This document shows, piece after piece, positions 54,205 to 63,637 of a stretch of DNA of 64,000 nucleotides. The stretch covers positions 1,958-65,957 of the forward strand of contig CAYOLA010000031.1 in NCBI GenBank assembly GCA_964404735.1, given 5' to 3'. Below the pieces are notes generated by a model. The model ran no database searches, was not told where the DNA came from, and saw nothing but the letters and a program-made list of their open reading frames with translations. A program made the translations under genes and the position numbers. This stretch comes from an uncultured Bacteroidales bacterium (GTDB lineage Bacteria > Bacteroidota > Bacteroidia > Bacteroidales > B18-G4). Every line of letters starts with the position of its first letter. The stretch's first letter is position 1.

Positions 54205-54960
54205 TTATTGGGGAAAGATGCCGTATACCACTGATCCGCTGCCACTCATGGAGGCATATACCGCCCCCCCGGCATACAGGTGCTCCTTCAGTTCTTTTAT
54301 TTCCGGATATTTTTTAAAAACCGGTTCTTCAAAGTCATTGGTCAGAATACCTTGCCATTCATTCACCGGCCGGCCAATGACCGCACGAAGCGAAACCCGG
54401 TTGTTATCGGGGGTTACCATGGCATAAGCTTCCGCCGTACTGACATGAATGCCGGGGGTTTTTACCTCAATGCGACAGGATGAGAGATCCAATTCGATAT
54501 CTTCCATCACTTCTCCCCTGCCGGAAGCAATGCAGGGCCTGTTGCGGATAAAGAAGGGGCAGTCACTCCCGAGTTGAGCAGCATATTTCTCTAATTCAGC
54601 GGAGCTGATGTTCAGCCTGAAAAGATCATTCAGCATGAGCAGGACATGCGCGGCATCGGAAGATCCGCCGCCCAGCCCTGCCCCTGCGGGTATGCGCTTC
54701 AGCAGATGCATGGCAAGGGGAGGTATTGCAAAACGCTTTTCCAGCAGCCTGTATGCCTTCATGCAAAGGTTCTCTTCCCCCCCGGGTATCCTGTTCCCAT
54801 AAATGCTCAATGAGGATTGGCCATCGCCTGCCGGCAAAATCTCCAGCACATCGCAAAGAGGAATGGGATAAAACACCGTTTCGATGTCGTGAAAACCATC
54901 GGTGCGCCTGCCCCTGACCAGCAGCCCCAGGTTGACCTTTGCATTCGGAAAGCAAATCAT
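54205..54960 (-). CDS. ispE: 4-(cytidine 5'-diphospho)-2-C-methyl-D-erythritol kinase
   Basis: FPNAKVNLGL and the GHMP-kinase motif IPAGAGLGGGSSDAA. Confidence 0.88.
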   Translation of the reverse strand: MICFPNAKVNLGLLVRGRRTDGFHDIETVFYPIPLCDVLEILPAGDGQSSLSIYGNRIPGGEENLCMKAYRLLEKRFAIPPLAMHLLKRIPAGAGLGGGSSDAAHVLLMLNDLFRLNISSAELEKYAAQLGSDCPFFIRNRPCIASGRGEVMEDIELDLSSCRIEVKTPGIHVSTAEAYAMVTPDNNRVSLRAVIGRPVNEWQGILTNDFEEPVFKKYPEIKELKEHLYAGGAVYASMSGSGSVVYGIFPQ

Positions 54961-55030
54961 ATTTCAAAGATAGCAATTCAACCGAACACGGTTTCAGAAA
55001 TCAACCCGCCAGCCCTGTTTTTTAATGGTT

Positions 55031-55064
55031 TTTGGATTCGCCTCGGTATTTCTTTGTAAATTTG
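55031..55064 (+). promoter_or_regulatory. Candidate promoter TTTG-N22-TAAATTTG upstream of the GH3-like gene
   Basis: -33 TTTG at 55031-55034 and -7 TAAATTTG at 55057-55064, 19 nt upstream of ATG 55084. Confidence 0.45.
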
Positions 55065-55083
55065 GCCATCATTTCATTGAATT

Positions 55084-56595
55084 ATGGCACTCATCAATTC
55101 CCTCATATCATGGCTGATGAAAAAGCGCTATCACCAGATCGAGCTTTTTACCAAATATCCGCATGAGGTTCAGGCCGAATGGCTGAAGAAACTACTGAAT
55201 ACCGCCCGCGACACGGAATGGGGAAAACGCTACGAATTCAAAACCATCGATTCCTATGAGAAGTTCCGTAGCCGTATCCCCCTGATCGACTATGAATCGA
55301 TACACCCCGAGATTGAGCTGCTCATGAAGGGCCATCAGAATATCATGTGGCCGACCGACATCAGGCTTTTTGCCAAATCGGCCGGGACCACCAGCGAAAA
55401 AAGCAAGTTCATTCCGGTAAGCAATGAATCGATCGAAGAGTGCCACTTCAAAGGCGGAAAAGATATGCTGGCCATGTACTGCCATAATCACCCCGACACC
55501 CATCTCTTTGACGGGCGCGGGCTGGCCATGGGCGGCAGCCACATCATCCGGGAAGTCAACAATGAGGAATACCTCATCGGCGACCTTTCGGCGCTCATTA
55601 TCCGAAAACTTCCCCACTGGGCCGAATTCATCAGGGTTCCCAAGCGCAGCCTCGCCCTGCTCGACGAATGGGAGATCAAGATCGAAAAAATGGCCCATGC
55701 CACCATCCCCCACAACGTGACCAGTCTCTCGGGCGTTCCTTCCTGGACCCTGCTGCTGCTGAAACGCATCCTCGACATCACCGGCAAAAACAACATATTG
55801 GAAGTATGGCCCAACATAGAGGTATTCTTCCACGGTGGCGTGAATTTCGACCCCTACCGCAAGCAGTTCGAAGAGCTGCTGCCATCGCCCGACATCAATT
55901 ACAAGAATACCTACAATGCATCCGAAGGTTTCTTCGGGCTGCAGGAGGCCGACCAGGACGACCTGCTGCTGATGCTTGACTATGGCATTTATTACGAGTT
56001 TATACCCGTATCGGAACCCGACAGCGAACAGCCGACAGCCCTGCCCCTCCGGGAGGTTGAGACCGGTGTAAACTACGCCATGGTGATCACCACCAACGCC
56101 GGCCTCTGGCGTTATAAGATCGGCGATACGGTGATGTTTACCTGTACCGACCCTTACCGGATCAAGATCACCGGACGTACCAAAAGCTTTATCAATGCCT
56201 TCGGCGAGGAGCTGATCGTTGACAATGCCGAAAAAGCGCTGGATGTGGCCAACGGAAAATGCAATTCGGTGATCAGCGACTATACAGCCGCCCCGGTGTA
56301 TTTCGAGGGCCGGGAAAAGGCCGCCCACGAATGGCTGATCGAATTTGAAAAAGAACCGGAAAACCTCGACTTCTTCGCCGAGGCCCTGGATAACGCCCTT
56401 AAGTCGGTTAACTCCGACTATGAAGCCAAACGCTACCACGACATGGTGCTGCGTAAACCCATTGTACGAATCCTGCCTCCCCATACGTTCTATAACTGGA
56501 TGAAAAAACGCGGCCGCCTCGGCGGGCAGAATAAAGTGCCCCGGCTATCGAACGACAGGCGCTATGTTGACGACATCCTCGATATGATCAAATGA
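55084..56595 (+). CDS. GH3 (auxin-responsive promoter) family adenylate-forming protein
   Basis: 503 aa. The N-terminus ...HEVQAEWLKKLLNTARDTEWGKRY... and the blocks FAKSAGTTSEKSKFIPVS, YNASEGFFG and RYKIGD match bacterial GH3-family proteins. Confidence 0.8.
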   Translation: MALINSLISWLMKKRYHQIELFTKYPHEVQAEWLKKLLNTARDTEWGKRYEFKTIDSYEKFRSRIPLIDYESIHPEIELLMKGHQNIMWPTDIRLFAKSAGTTSEKSKFIPVSNESIEECHFKGGKDMLAMYCHNHPDTHLFDGRGLAMGGSHIIREVNNEEYLIGDLSALIIRKLPHWAEFIRVPKRSLALLDEWEIKIEKMAHATIPHNVTSLSGVPSWTLLLLKRILDITGKNNILEVWPNIEVFFHGGVNFDPYRKQFEELLPSPDINYKNTYNASEGFFGLQEADQDDLLLMLDYGIYYEFIPVSEPDSEQPTALPLREVETGVNYAMVITTNAGLWRYKIGDTVMFTCTDPYRIKITGRTKSFINAFGEELIVDNAEKALDVANGKCNSVISDYTAAPVYFEGREKAAHEWLIEFEKEPENLDFFAEALDNALKSVNSDYEAKRYHDMVLRKPIVRILPPHTFYNWMKKRGRLGGQNKVPRLSNDRRYVDDILDMIK

Positions 56596-57422
56596 AGGTT
56601 GTTAAAAAAAATAAATGGCATCTTTCCGTTGTGCTGATCCTTGCCGCCCTGCTGTGCCTGGCTGCCGGGGATCAGTACACCGAAACCGCCAGGATAAAGA
56701 CCAGAGCCGGCTTTATTACCAGCGATGATCTGGGAAACGTTTTTACGGTAAAGGACAACCGGATTGAAAAATACGGGCCCGGAGGGAAAAAGCTGCATAC
56801 CTACAGCAACAACTATGCAGGGGAGATCACCTTTGCCGATACCCGCGACCCGTTCAAGATACTGCTGTTCTATCAGGACTTCGGGCAGGTTGAGTTTCTC
56901 GACCAGAGCCTCAGCCTGAGTGCAGGATCCGTTAACCTGAGCAATCTCGGGCTGGAACTTGTTTCCCTGGCCTGCGCATCCTACCAGGGCGGATTCTGGG
57001 TGTATGATCCGCTCAAGGCCGAACTCATCAGGGTGAGCCAGGCGCTGGAGATCAGTGAACGCACCGGAAACCTGCAACAAGCCACGGGATACAGCCTCAA
57101 TCCCAACTTTATGATCGAGCGCGACAACTTCATCTACCTGAATAATCCCGGAAGCGGGATACTCATTTTCGACAAATACGGTTCATACTACAAGATCGTC
57201 CCCGTAAAAGGCCTGAAATCATTCCAGGTTTTTAACCATAAGATCATCTTTACCGAAAACGACCAGATCAGCATGTACGACACCCGCCTGAACGAGCTGA
57301 ACACCGCCGGGCTGCCCCTCACCGGCGCCAGGTCGGTAGCCGTATGCCTCAGCACCCGTCCACAGATGCTGTTCATGCTGGCCGGGGATGAACTTTTCTT
57401 TTTCCAAATCGGAGAAGAGTAA
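56592..57422 (+). CDS. Hypothetical exported/membrane-anchored protein
   Basis: 276 aa with an N-terminal hydrophobic anchor (LSVVLILAALLCLAAG) and beta-rich composition. 4-nt overlap with the GH3-like gene. No family recognised. Confidence 0.5.
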   Translation: MKVVKKNKWHLSVVLILAALLCLAAGDQYTETARIKTRAGFITSDDLGNVFTVKDNRIEKYGPGGKKLHTYSNNYAGEITFADTRDPFKILLFYQDFGQVEFLDQSLSLSAGSVNLSNLGLELVSLACASYQGGFWVYDPLKAELIRVSQALEISERTGNLQQATGYSLNPNFMIERDNFIYLNNPGSGILIFDKYGSYYKIVPVKGLKSFQVFNHKIIFTENDQISMYDTRLNELNTAGLPLTGARSVAVCLSTRPQMLFMLAGDELFFFQIGEE

Positions 57423-57458
57423 ACGGATTTTTTCATATTTTAGTCGAAAAATCATACC

Positions 57459-58073
57459 ATGCATATCGCCATTGCGGGAAATATCGGCTCGGGAAAGACA
57501 ACCCTTACAGGACTCTTGTCAAAACATTTCGGGTGGAAAGCCCATTACGAAGATGTTGAAACCAACCCTTACCTGCACAGTTTTTACGAAGACATGCAAC
57601 GCTGGTCATTCAACCTGCAGATATATTTCCTCAACAGCCGTTTCAGGCAGATCGTGGAGATCCGCAAGAGCGGGAAGACGGTGATACAGGACCGCACCAT
57701 TTATGAAGATGCTTATATTTTTGCCCCTAACCTGCATCACATGAACCTTATGTCGACGCGCGACTTTGAAAACTACAGCAGCCTGTTCGAACTCATGAGC
57801 TCTTTCATCCAGCCACCCGACCTGTTGATCTACCTCAGGTCGACTGTGCCCAACCTGGTTAACCAGATACAGAAACGCGGCAGGGAATACGAGGAGTCGA
57901 TCCGTATCGATTACCTAAAAAGCCTCAACGAACGCTACGAAGCATGGATATCAAAATATAACCTTGGCAAGCTGCTGGTGATCAATGTTGACGAGATCGA
58001 TTTTGATGAAAACCCCAAAGATCTGGGTATTGTCATCGACAAGATCAATGCCGAGATCCACGGCTTGTTCTAG
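57459..58073 (+). CDS. Deoxynucleoside kinase
   Basis: P-loop IAGNIGSGKTTL, DRTIYED and the LIYLR...R lid region, typical of the dNK/dCK/dGK family. Confidence 0.85.
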   Translation: MHIAIAGNIGSGKTTLTGLLSKHFGWKAHYEDVETNPYLHSFYEDMQRWSFNLQIYFLNSRFRQIVEIRKSGKTVIQDRTIYEDAYIFAPNLHHMNLMSTRDFENYSSLFELMSSFIQPPDLLIYLRSTVPNLVNQIQKRGREYEESIRIDYLKSLNERYEAWISKYNLGKLLVINVDEIDFDENPKDLGIVIDKINAEIHGLF

Positions 58074-58168
58074 GATCAGCTTCAGGGTTCTGATCCCCTG
58101 CAGCAGTTCACTGGCATCCGGTACCCGGGATCCGGAAAATGACACCTGATCCCTTGTGATAAATAATA

Positions 58169-58927
58169 ATGAACATGAAATTCCTTGCTGTTATCCCGGC
58201 CCGTTATGCTTCGACCCGCTTCCCGGGCAAGCCCCTGGCCATGATCAACGGGCGTTCGATGGTCATGCGGGTATATGAACAGGCACTGAAGGCCGGTTGT
58301 TTGTCGCAGGTCGTGGTGGCCACCGACGATGACCGGATCTACCGGCATGTATGTGACGAAGGCGGGCAGGCACTCATGACCAGCCCGGAGCACCGCAGCG
58401 GAACCGCCCGAGTGAGAGAGACGGCACAGATGCTTTGCGGGGAACACTCATCCCAAAAAGGCACGGTGGTGATAAACATTCAGGGCGACGAGCCCTATAT
58501 TGATCCCGGGCAGATCGACAGCCTCGCTGCCTGTTTTGACGATCCCGGTACCGGCATCGCCACCCTGATCAAAAAGATCGGTTCACAGGAGGAGCTTCTG
58601 AACCCGAATGTGGTGAAGGTGGTGAAGGGAGCCGATGACCGTGCGCTTTATTTCAGCCGCTCGCCCATTCCTTTTGTAAGGGATACCGACCAGGATCAAT
58701 GGCTGCATCAGACCGTTTTTTACAAGCACATCGGCATTTACGCTTACCGGGCCGACATCCTTGAAGAGATCAGCCGCCTGAAAACCGGCCTGCTCGAACA
58801 GGCCGAAGGGCTTGAACAGCTCAACTGGCTGGAGCATGGTTATCATATCATTACCCATGTGACTGAACATGAAAGCCTGTCGGTTGACACACCCGGGGAT
58901 TTATCAAAATTTACTAACAAGACTTGA
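58169..58927 (+). CDS. kdsB: 3-deoxy-manno-octulosonate cytidylyltransferase
   Basis: VIPARYASTRFPGKPL, NIQGDEP and EQLNWLEHGY. Confidence 0.9.
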   Translation: MNMKFLAVIPARYASTRFPGKPLAMINGRSMVMRVYEQALKAGCLSQVVVATDDDRIYRHVCDEGGQALMTSPEHRSGTARVRETAQMLCGEHSSQKGTVVINIQGDEPYIDPGQIDSLAACFDDPGTGIATLIKKIGSQEELLNPNVVKVVKGADDRALYFSRSPIPFVRDTDQDQWLHQTVFYKHIGIYAYRADILEEISRLKTGLLEQAEGLEQLNWLEHGYHIITHVTEHESLSVDTPGDLSKFTNKT

Positions 58928-58962
58928 AATCAGGGCAATAATATTTTAATTTAGCGGGCAGA

Positions 58963-59982
58963 ATGAAAGGCATGGAGTCTATCGACGTTTACATCAGCGA
59001 GTTATTGTTTGAGCACGACTGTGTGATCCTTCCCGGTTTCGGAGGTTTTTTAACGAATTATTCCGGTGCAAGGATCCATCCCGTCCGCCACAGCTTTCAT
59101 CCGCCTGCCCGCACGGTGGTCTTCAATGCCGGATTGCAGACCAATGACGGCCTTCTGATCAGTTATGTGGCAAAGCGCAGGAATATCTCCTACCAGGAAT
59201 CCTTTGAGCTGATAAAAGCATATACGGCCCAATGCATGGCCGGGCTCCGCAGCGGACAAGCCATCCGTTTCATGTATACGGGCAGCTTTCGCATGGGCAG
59301 GGAAAACAACCTGGTTTTTGAGCCCGAGGCCGGCAGCAATTTCCTTCCCGATGCCTTCGGCCTTTCCTCCTTTGTTTCACCTGCCATCAGCAGGGAAAGC
59401 ATCCGCCAGCGTCTCGAAAAGCAGCTCAGCACCCGGCCCGCGGCAGCGGATACACAAAAAGAAAGAAAGCTCCTGCCGGCACTCAGGTGGGTAGCCGCGA
59501 TCAGCATCCCCATTGCCGCCGCTTTCATGTTATACTATTTCAACCCGACAGTACTCGACGATTTTGGCAGGAGCTACTCGGGCATGATGCCCCCGCTCAG
59601 GTTTGAAGGCGGAGCACCCGCCCGTGAAGCCGGAGAGGTCGACACCCTTGCCGAATTCATGAATTTCAAGGTCATCCCGCCGAAGGCGGAAATGGCTGTA
59701 GCACCTGCCGAAAGCCATTCTGCCCTCCCCGCTGCCCCGCCCCCGCCGGCGCTTAAAAAATACCAGATCGTGGTGGGTGCCTTCTCGACCGAAGAGAATG
59801 CCCTGAATTATGTGGATGAACTGAGGGCCCGGGATTTTGATGCCGCCATCATCGGCAATAGCAGCAACGGGCTCACCCGCGTCAGCATCGCCGGGCTCGA
59901 CACACGCAGCGAGGCCCTCTCACTGCTGGCCGCCATCCGTCGCGAAGAAAATCCCGCCGCCTGGCTCCTCATTATCAAATAA
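58963..59982 (+). CDS. SPOR domain-containing protein with N-terminal HU/CCDC81-like domain
   Basis: The N-terminus LPGFGGFLTNYSGARIHP... fits HU-CCDC81-type domains. It is followed by a central TM segment and a low-complexity linker. The C-terminal SPOR domain reads YQIVVGAFSTEENALNYVDELRARDFDAAII...RVSIAGLDTRSEA. Confidence 0.7.
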   Translation: MKGMESIDVYISELLFEHDCVILPGFGGFLTNYSGARIHPVRHSFHPPARTVVFNAGLQTNDGLLISYVAKRRNISYQESFELIKAYTAQCMAGLRSGQAIRFMYTGSFRMGRENNLVFEPEAGSNFLPDAFGLSSFVSPAISRESIRQRLEKQLSTRPAAADTQKERKLLPALRWVAAISIPIAAAFMLYYFNPTVLDDFGRSYSGMMPPLRFEGGAPAREAGEVDTLAEFMNFKVIPPKAEMAVAPAESHSALPAAPPPPALKKYQIVVGAFSTEENALNYVDELRARDFDAAIIGNSSNGLTRVSIAGLDTRSEALSLLAAIRREENPAAWLLIIK

Positions 59983-60025
59983 TCCTTTCCTTTGTGGTCC
60001 GGATCACCCAAAACACCCTTGGCAA

Positions 60026-60697
60026 ATGGGTAAAAAGAAGTTAAGTCGTTTCGAGGAAAACCTCACTTTTAACCACCTTTTTCAGCGGAGCTTTGAACAA
60101 CTGCAGGACGGGTTCCACCTGAAAGGCAGGTGGCACAGCGACTTCTTCGGCAACAACAACCCCATCGTTCTTGAGCTGGGCTGCGGAAAAGGAGAATACA
60201 CCACCGGCCTCGCCGAAAGATTCCCCGGCAAAAACTTTATCGGCATCGACATCAAAGGGGCCCGCCTGTGGGTGGGATGTAAAAAGACGCAGGAAACGGG
60301 ATTAAAAAACCTTGCATTCATCCGGGCCCGCATCGAACTGATCGAACACTTCTTTGGCCCCGGTGAAGTGAAAGAGATCTGGCTCACCTTTTCCGACCCG
60401 CAGCCACGCAGGTCGAGGGCAAAGAAGCGGCTCAGCTCACCCGAATTCCTGAAGCGCTATAGCAGCTTTCTGGCCGATGACAACCTCATCCATCTCAAGA
60501 CCGATAACCGGCAGCTCTTCGACTACACCCTTGATGTGATTGAAAAGGGGGGACATGAAAAGGGATTTGTCAGCTTCGATGTTTATCATGAGGGAGCTCC
60601 GCCGGAGGCGATGGAGATACAGACCTTTTATGAGCAGCTGTGGCGCAGGGAAGGACGTACCATCCATTACCTGAACTTCAGGATGAAAAAGCCATGA
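60026..60697 (+). CDS. trmB: tRNA (guanine-N7)-methyltransferase
   Basis: 223 aa from ATG 60026 (MGKKKLSRFEEN). It has VLELGCGKGEYT and FSDPQPRRSRAKKRL. The longer track ORF from 59837 overlaps the SPOR gene. Confidence 0.88.
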   Translation: MGKKKLSRFEENLTFNHLFQRSFEQLQDGFHLKGRWHSDFFGNNNPIVLELGCGKGEYTTGLAERFPGKNFIGIDIKGARLWVGCKKTQETGLKNLAFIRARIELIEHFFGPGEVKEIWLTFSDPQPRRSRAKKRLSSPEFLKRYSSFLADDNLIHLKTDNRQLFDYTLDVIEKGGHEKGFVSFDVYHEGAPPEAMEIQTFYEQLWRREGRTIHYLNFRMKKP

Positions 60698-61023
60698 CTG
60701 ATCCATCATTTTTCGAAAAAGTTTACGCCGTGGTTCGCCGGATCCCCCATGGCCGTGTATGTACATACGGCGCCATTGCCGGATATCTCGGCACGCGGGG
60801 CTCGGCTCGCATGGTGGGATGGGCCATGAACGCCTCCCATACGGCAAAAGAGAACGTTCCCGCCCACCGGGTAGTGAACCGTAAGGGGATGCTCAGCGGG
60901 AAACACCATTTCGGGGCGCCCCATATCATGCAGCAACTCCTTGAAAGCGAAGGGATCAGAGTAACGGACGATCAGGTGGTTGATTTTGAGAAGCACTTCT
61001 GGGATCCCGGATCGGAATTCTGA
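60694..61023 (+). CDS. MGMT-family DNA-binding protein lacking the acceptor cysteine (alkyltransferase-like, ATL)
   Basis: 109 aa from ATG 60694 (ATGA overlap with the trmB stop). RIPHGRVCTYGAIA is the helix-turn-helix region. The active-site motif reads VPAHRVVN instead of the canonical PCHRV. Confidence 0.75.
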   Translation: MTDPSFFEKVYAVVRRIPHGRVCTYGAIAGYLGTRGSARMVGWAMNASHTAKENVPAHRVVNRKGMLSGKHHFGAPHIMQQLLESEGIRVTDDQVVDFEKHFWDPGSEF

Positions 61024-61186
61024 AAAATCAAGATTTATTATTTCTTTAGCTCCTCCCATGACCGAAAAAGCAATGCTATTGGGCGAAGCGGAAATGCTTT
61101 CCCGGGAGCATTGGTGCTATTCAGTCGGGGGAACTGAATGGCCGTTGCGCGAAAAAAACCTGATCACTCCCATCTGATAAAAAAAT

Positions 61187-61217
61187 TGTAAATTGCAGCT
61201 TGCAAAATCAATTTACA
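61187..61217. promoter_or_regulatory. Perfect 9-bp inverted repeat TGTAAATTG-N13-CAATTTACA upstream of the TPR-LuxR gene
   Basis: Arms at 61187-61195 and 61209-61217, about 90 nt upstream of ATG 61308. It could be an operator or an RNA hairpin; function untested. Confidence 0.3.
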
Positions 61218-61307
61218 GATGAAATAAGGTTGGGAAGGAAAAAGTTTTAAAGGACAAAGCAAATGAATTCACAGGGTTCAAACCATTCTGAAGAAAATCA
61301 CTGAATA

Positions 61308-63308
61308 ATGAAATTATTTTACCTGCACAGCCTGGTTTCACTGATCACCGTTTGTTTGCTCGTCCTTCCCGTCATATCTCAGGACAACCAAAAGGCCGAC
61401 AGCTTGAAACGGCTTTTGCCAAATCTAAAAGAAAAAGATAAAGCAGAAGTATTATTGGAACTGGCAAACTTGCTGGCCAGAGAAGATACCCAGGCTTCTA
61501 TAGCATACAGCGAAGAGGCATTGGACCTGGCCAGCCGTCACGAAAACCCCGAGGAGATGGCCAGGGCTGCGGAGATTATCGGCAAAGGATGTTTCTTTTC
61601 CAACGACTTTTCCAAAGCCATCCAATACATGGAACAAAGCCTCGCTCTTTATGATGAATACGGGAACCGAGGCAAAGCTGCCGGGATGAAGCAAAATATA
61701 GGGTTATGTTATCTTAAGTTAGGTGAATTCAACAAAGCAAAGGATTATCTGCAGACAGCTGCCGCGGAATTCTCCGCTATGCCTGACATGGATAAATTGC
61801 CAGAATGCTATATCGACCTTGGTTTGGTCCATTTCTTAATGTCGGATTATGCCACCGCGCTGGAATATTACACCCTCGCCTCGGAAATTTATAACGAAAC
61901 CGGCAAGACGAATATGCAATCCCGGCTATACAACCGCATAGGGATGACCTATTATTCCATAGGCATTTACGATAAAGCGGTGAAATTTGTGATGGAATCG
62001 ATTGATTTGAAAGACCCGGCAGACCTAAATGGCAGGGCTATTGGATACAATAACCTCGGTGCTATTTACAGCGACCTGAATGAACCCGGCAAAGCCATCG
62101 AAAACTACCTGATGGCACTAGCCCTGCACAAAGAAACAGGTGACAGCCTTGAAATGCCTCAGGTACTGACAAACATCGGGAATATATACTTCATCCAGGG
62201 GAAGAATGACAGCGCACTTACTTATTATCTGCTGTCGTTCAGGCTTAGTGAGGATGCAGGTGACGAATTACAGTCTGCCCGGACAAAGTATAATATAGCC
62301 CGGATATTTATGAAAGAAGGCAAGCAGGAAAAAGCGGAGGCCAGCTTCAGGGACTTTTTGGAATTGAGCAGGAATACAGGCTACCGGGAAGGGGAAGCAT
62401 TTGCACTTTTGGGGCTTGGAGACCTTTGGTTGCAGCGGGGAGAAAAGGAAAAGGCCCGGGAGCTTTACATGGAATGCCTTGAAGTTTCGGATAATATAAA
62501 TCTGACGCAGGCACAGAAACAATCCCACTATAACCTTTCTGAACTGGCCGAATCCACCGGGAATCTCCAGGGAGCTCTTTATCATTACCGGATGTACTCC
62601 CAAATCAAAGACTCCCTCTTCAATGCCGACCGGGCCCGGATCATCTCCGAAATGGAAACCAAATATGAAACCCAGAAGAAACAAAAGGAGAATGACCTGC
62701 TCAAAATGGAAAACGAACTTCAGGAACGGAAAATAAAGACCTTATACCTGATGACCGGAGCATTGTTGGTACTGCTTCTTGCAATCAGTGTCCTCATCAT
62801 ACAATACCGCAGGATATCCCGGAACAAAAAGTTGCTGGCAAAATCAGAAGCGGCACGGCTGGCTGAGAAAGTGGAACATCAAAACCGGGAGTTGGCCTCC
62901 GGCGCCCTGGCCCTCAGCCGGAATTATAACTATATTACCAAGTTGCAGAGCGACCTGAAAGAGATTACACCCCACGTCAATGAACAGGGATTGAAAAACC
63001 TGACGGAAATCATTCGCAGCATACAGCGACTGGATAACAACGCTGCCTGGAATGAATTCGAGTTCAGGTTCCGACAGGTGCATTCACTCTTTTACGAAAA
63101 ACTGACAGCATCATATCCCGAGCTTACAACCAATGAGCGCCGCCTGTGTGCCCTGCTGAGCCTGGGCATGACAACCAAGGAGATATGCATGGTTACCTAC
63201 CAGAATATCCGTGCCATCGAAGCTGCACGGCTAAGACTCAGAAAGAAGTTCGGCCTAAAGCAGGGTGAAGACCTTACCGCTTTCCTTCAAAAATTTAATA
63301 TTTCCTAA
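61308..63308 (+). CDS. TPR-repeat membrane-anchored transcriptional regulator with C-terminal LuxR/GerE HTH
   Basis: Signal/TM segment, about ten TPR-like repeats, a coiled coil, a TM helix (LYLMTGALLVLLLAISVLII) and a C-terminal LuxR-type HTH (TTNERRLCALLSLGMTTKEICMVTYQNIRAIEAARLRLRKKFG). Confidence 0.8.
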   Translation: MKLFYLHSLVSLITVCLLVLPVISQDNQKADSLKRLLPNLKEKDKAEVLLELANLLAREDTQASIAYSEEALDLASRHENPEEMARAAEIIGKGCFFSNDFSKAIQYMEQSLALYDEYGNRGKAAGMKQNIGLCYLKLGEFNKAKDYLQTAAAEFSAMPDMDKLPECYIDLGLVHFLMSDYATALEYYTLASEIYNETGKTNMQSRLYNRIGMTYYSIGIYDKAVKFVMESIDLKDPADLNGRAIGYNNLGAIYSDLNEPGKAIENYLMALALHKETGDSLEMPQVLTNIGNIYFIQGKNDSALTYYLLSFRLSEDAGDELQSARTKYNIARIFMKEGKQEKAEASFRDFLELSRNTGYREGEAFALLGLGDLWLQRGEKEKARELYMECLEVSDNINLTQAQKQSHYNLSELAESTGNLQGALYHYRMYSQIKDSLFNADRARIISEMETKYETQKKQKENDLLKMENELQERKIKTLYLMTGALLVLLLAISVLIIQYRRISRNKKLLAKSEAARLAEKVEHQNRELASGALALSRNYNYITKLQSDLKEITPHVNEQGLKNLTEIIRSIQRLDNNAAWNEFEFRFRQVHSLFYEKLTASYPELTTNERRLCALLSLGMTTKEICMVTYQNIRAIEAARLRLRKKFGLKQGEDLTAFLQKFNIS

Positions 63309-63637
63309 AAAAATAACCCCCTGTCGTAATAAAGTTGTAGTGTTTCATTTGACAAATAAAGAAGCGGGTCGTATTATTGCAAAATCATTCATATCCGGAC
63401 TTCCGGTGATAAATAAAAAACCAGCGCTCACAATATATTTAATTTATCATATCCTGAAATTTGGTAATGGAGAAATTTGAAAATAATGTTGCCCGGCAGA
63501 AAGCAAAGCGCCATAGAATAAAAACACATTGCTTGTTTTGAATATTTTCATGCCTGAATTTTCGAGCTTTAAAACATTGACCGACCTTAAAACTGAAATT
63601 TAAGCTCTGTGCATTTGAAAACCCAAACCTGTAACCC

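Noticed and set aside
55192-56484. A 430-aa ORF on the minus strand, the longest unannotated ORF in the track.
   Set aside because: It is entirely antisense to the well-supported GH3-family gene and has low-complexity G/V/D/F-rich composition with no recognisable motif. This is a typical shadow ORF of a GC-biased coding region. The same reasoning applies to 22802-23629 (antisense to ftsZ), 10728-11606 (ftsI), 21467-22213 (ftsA), 33314-34021 (metK), 1267-1959 and 2258-3025 (mutS2), 29555-30214 (FG-GAP gene) and 44329-44880.
58073-58096. A hairpin GGATCAG-N10-CTGATCC after the deoxynucleoside kinase gene, considered as a terminator.
   Set aside because: No U-tract follows (the next bases are cctgcagc), and the stem overlaps the stop codon. 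The evidence is too weak to call.
60980-61177. A 65-aa ORF (or 39 aa from ATG 61058) in the spacer after the ATL gene.
   Set aside because: Its 5' part overlaps the ATL coding end out of frame. It has no recognisable motif and nothing supports coding. The region is reported instead as a possible structured or regulatory spacer.
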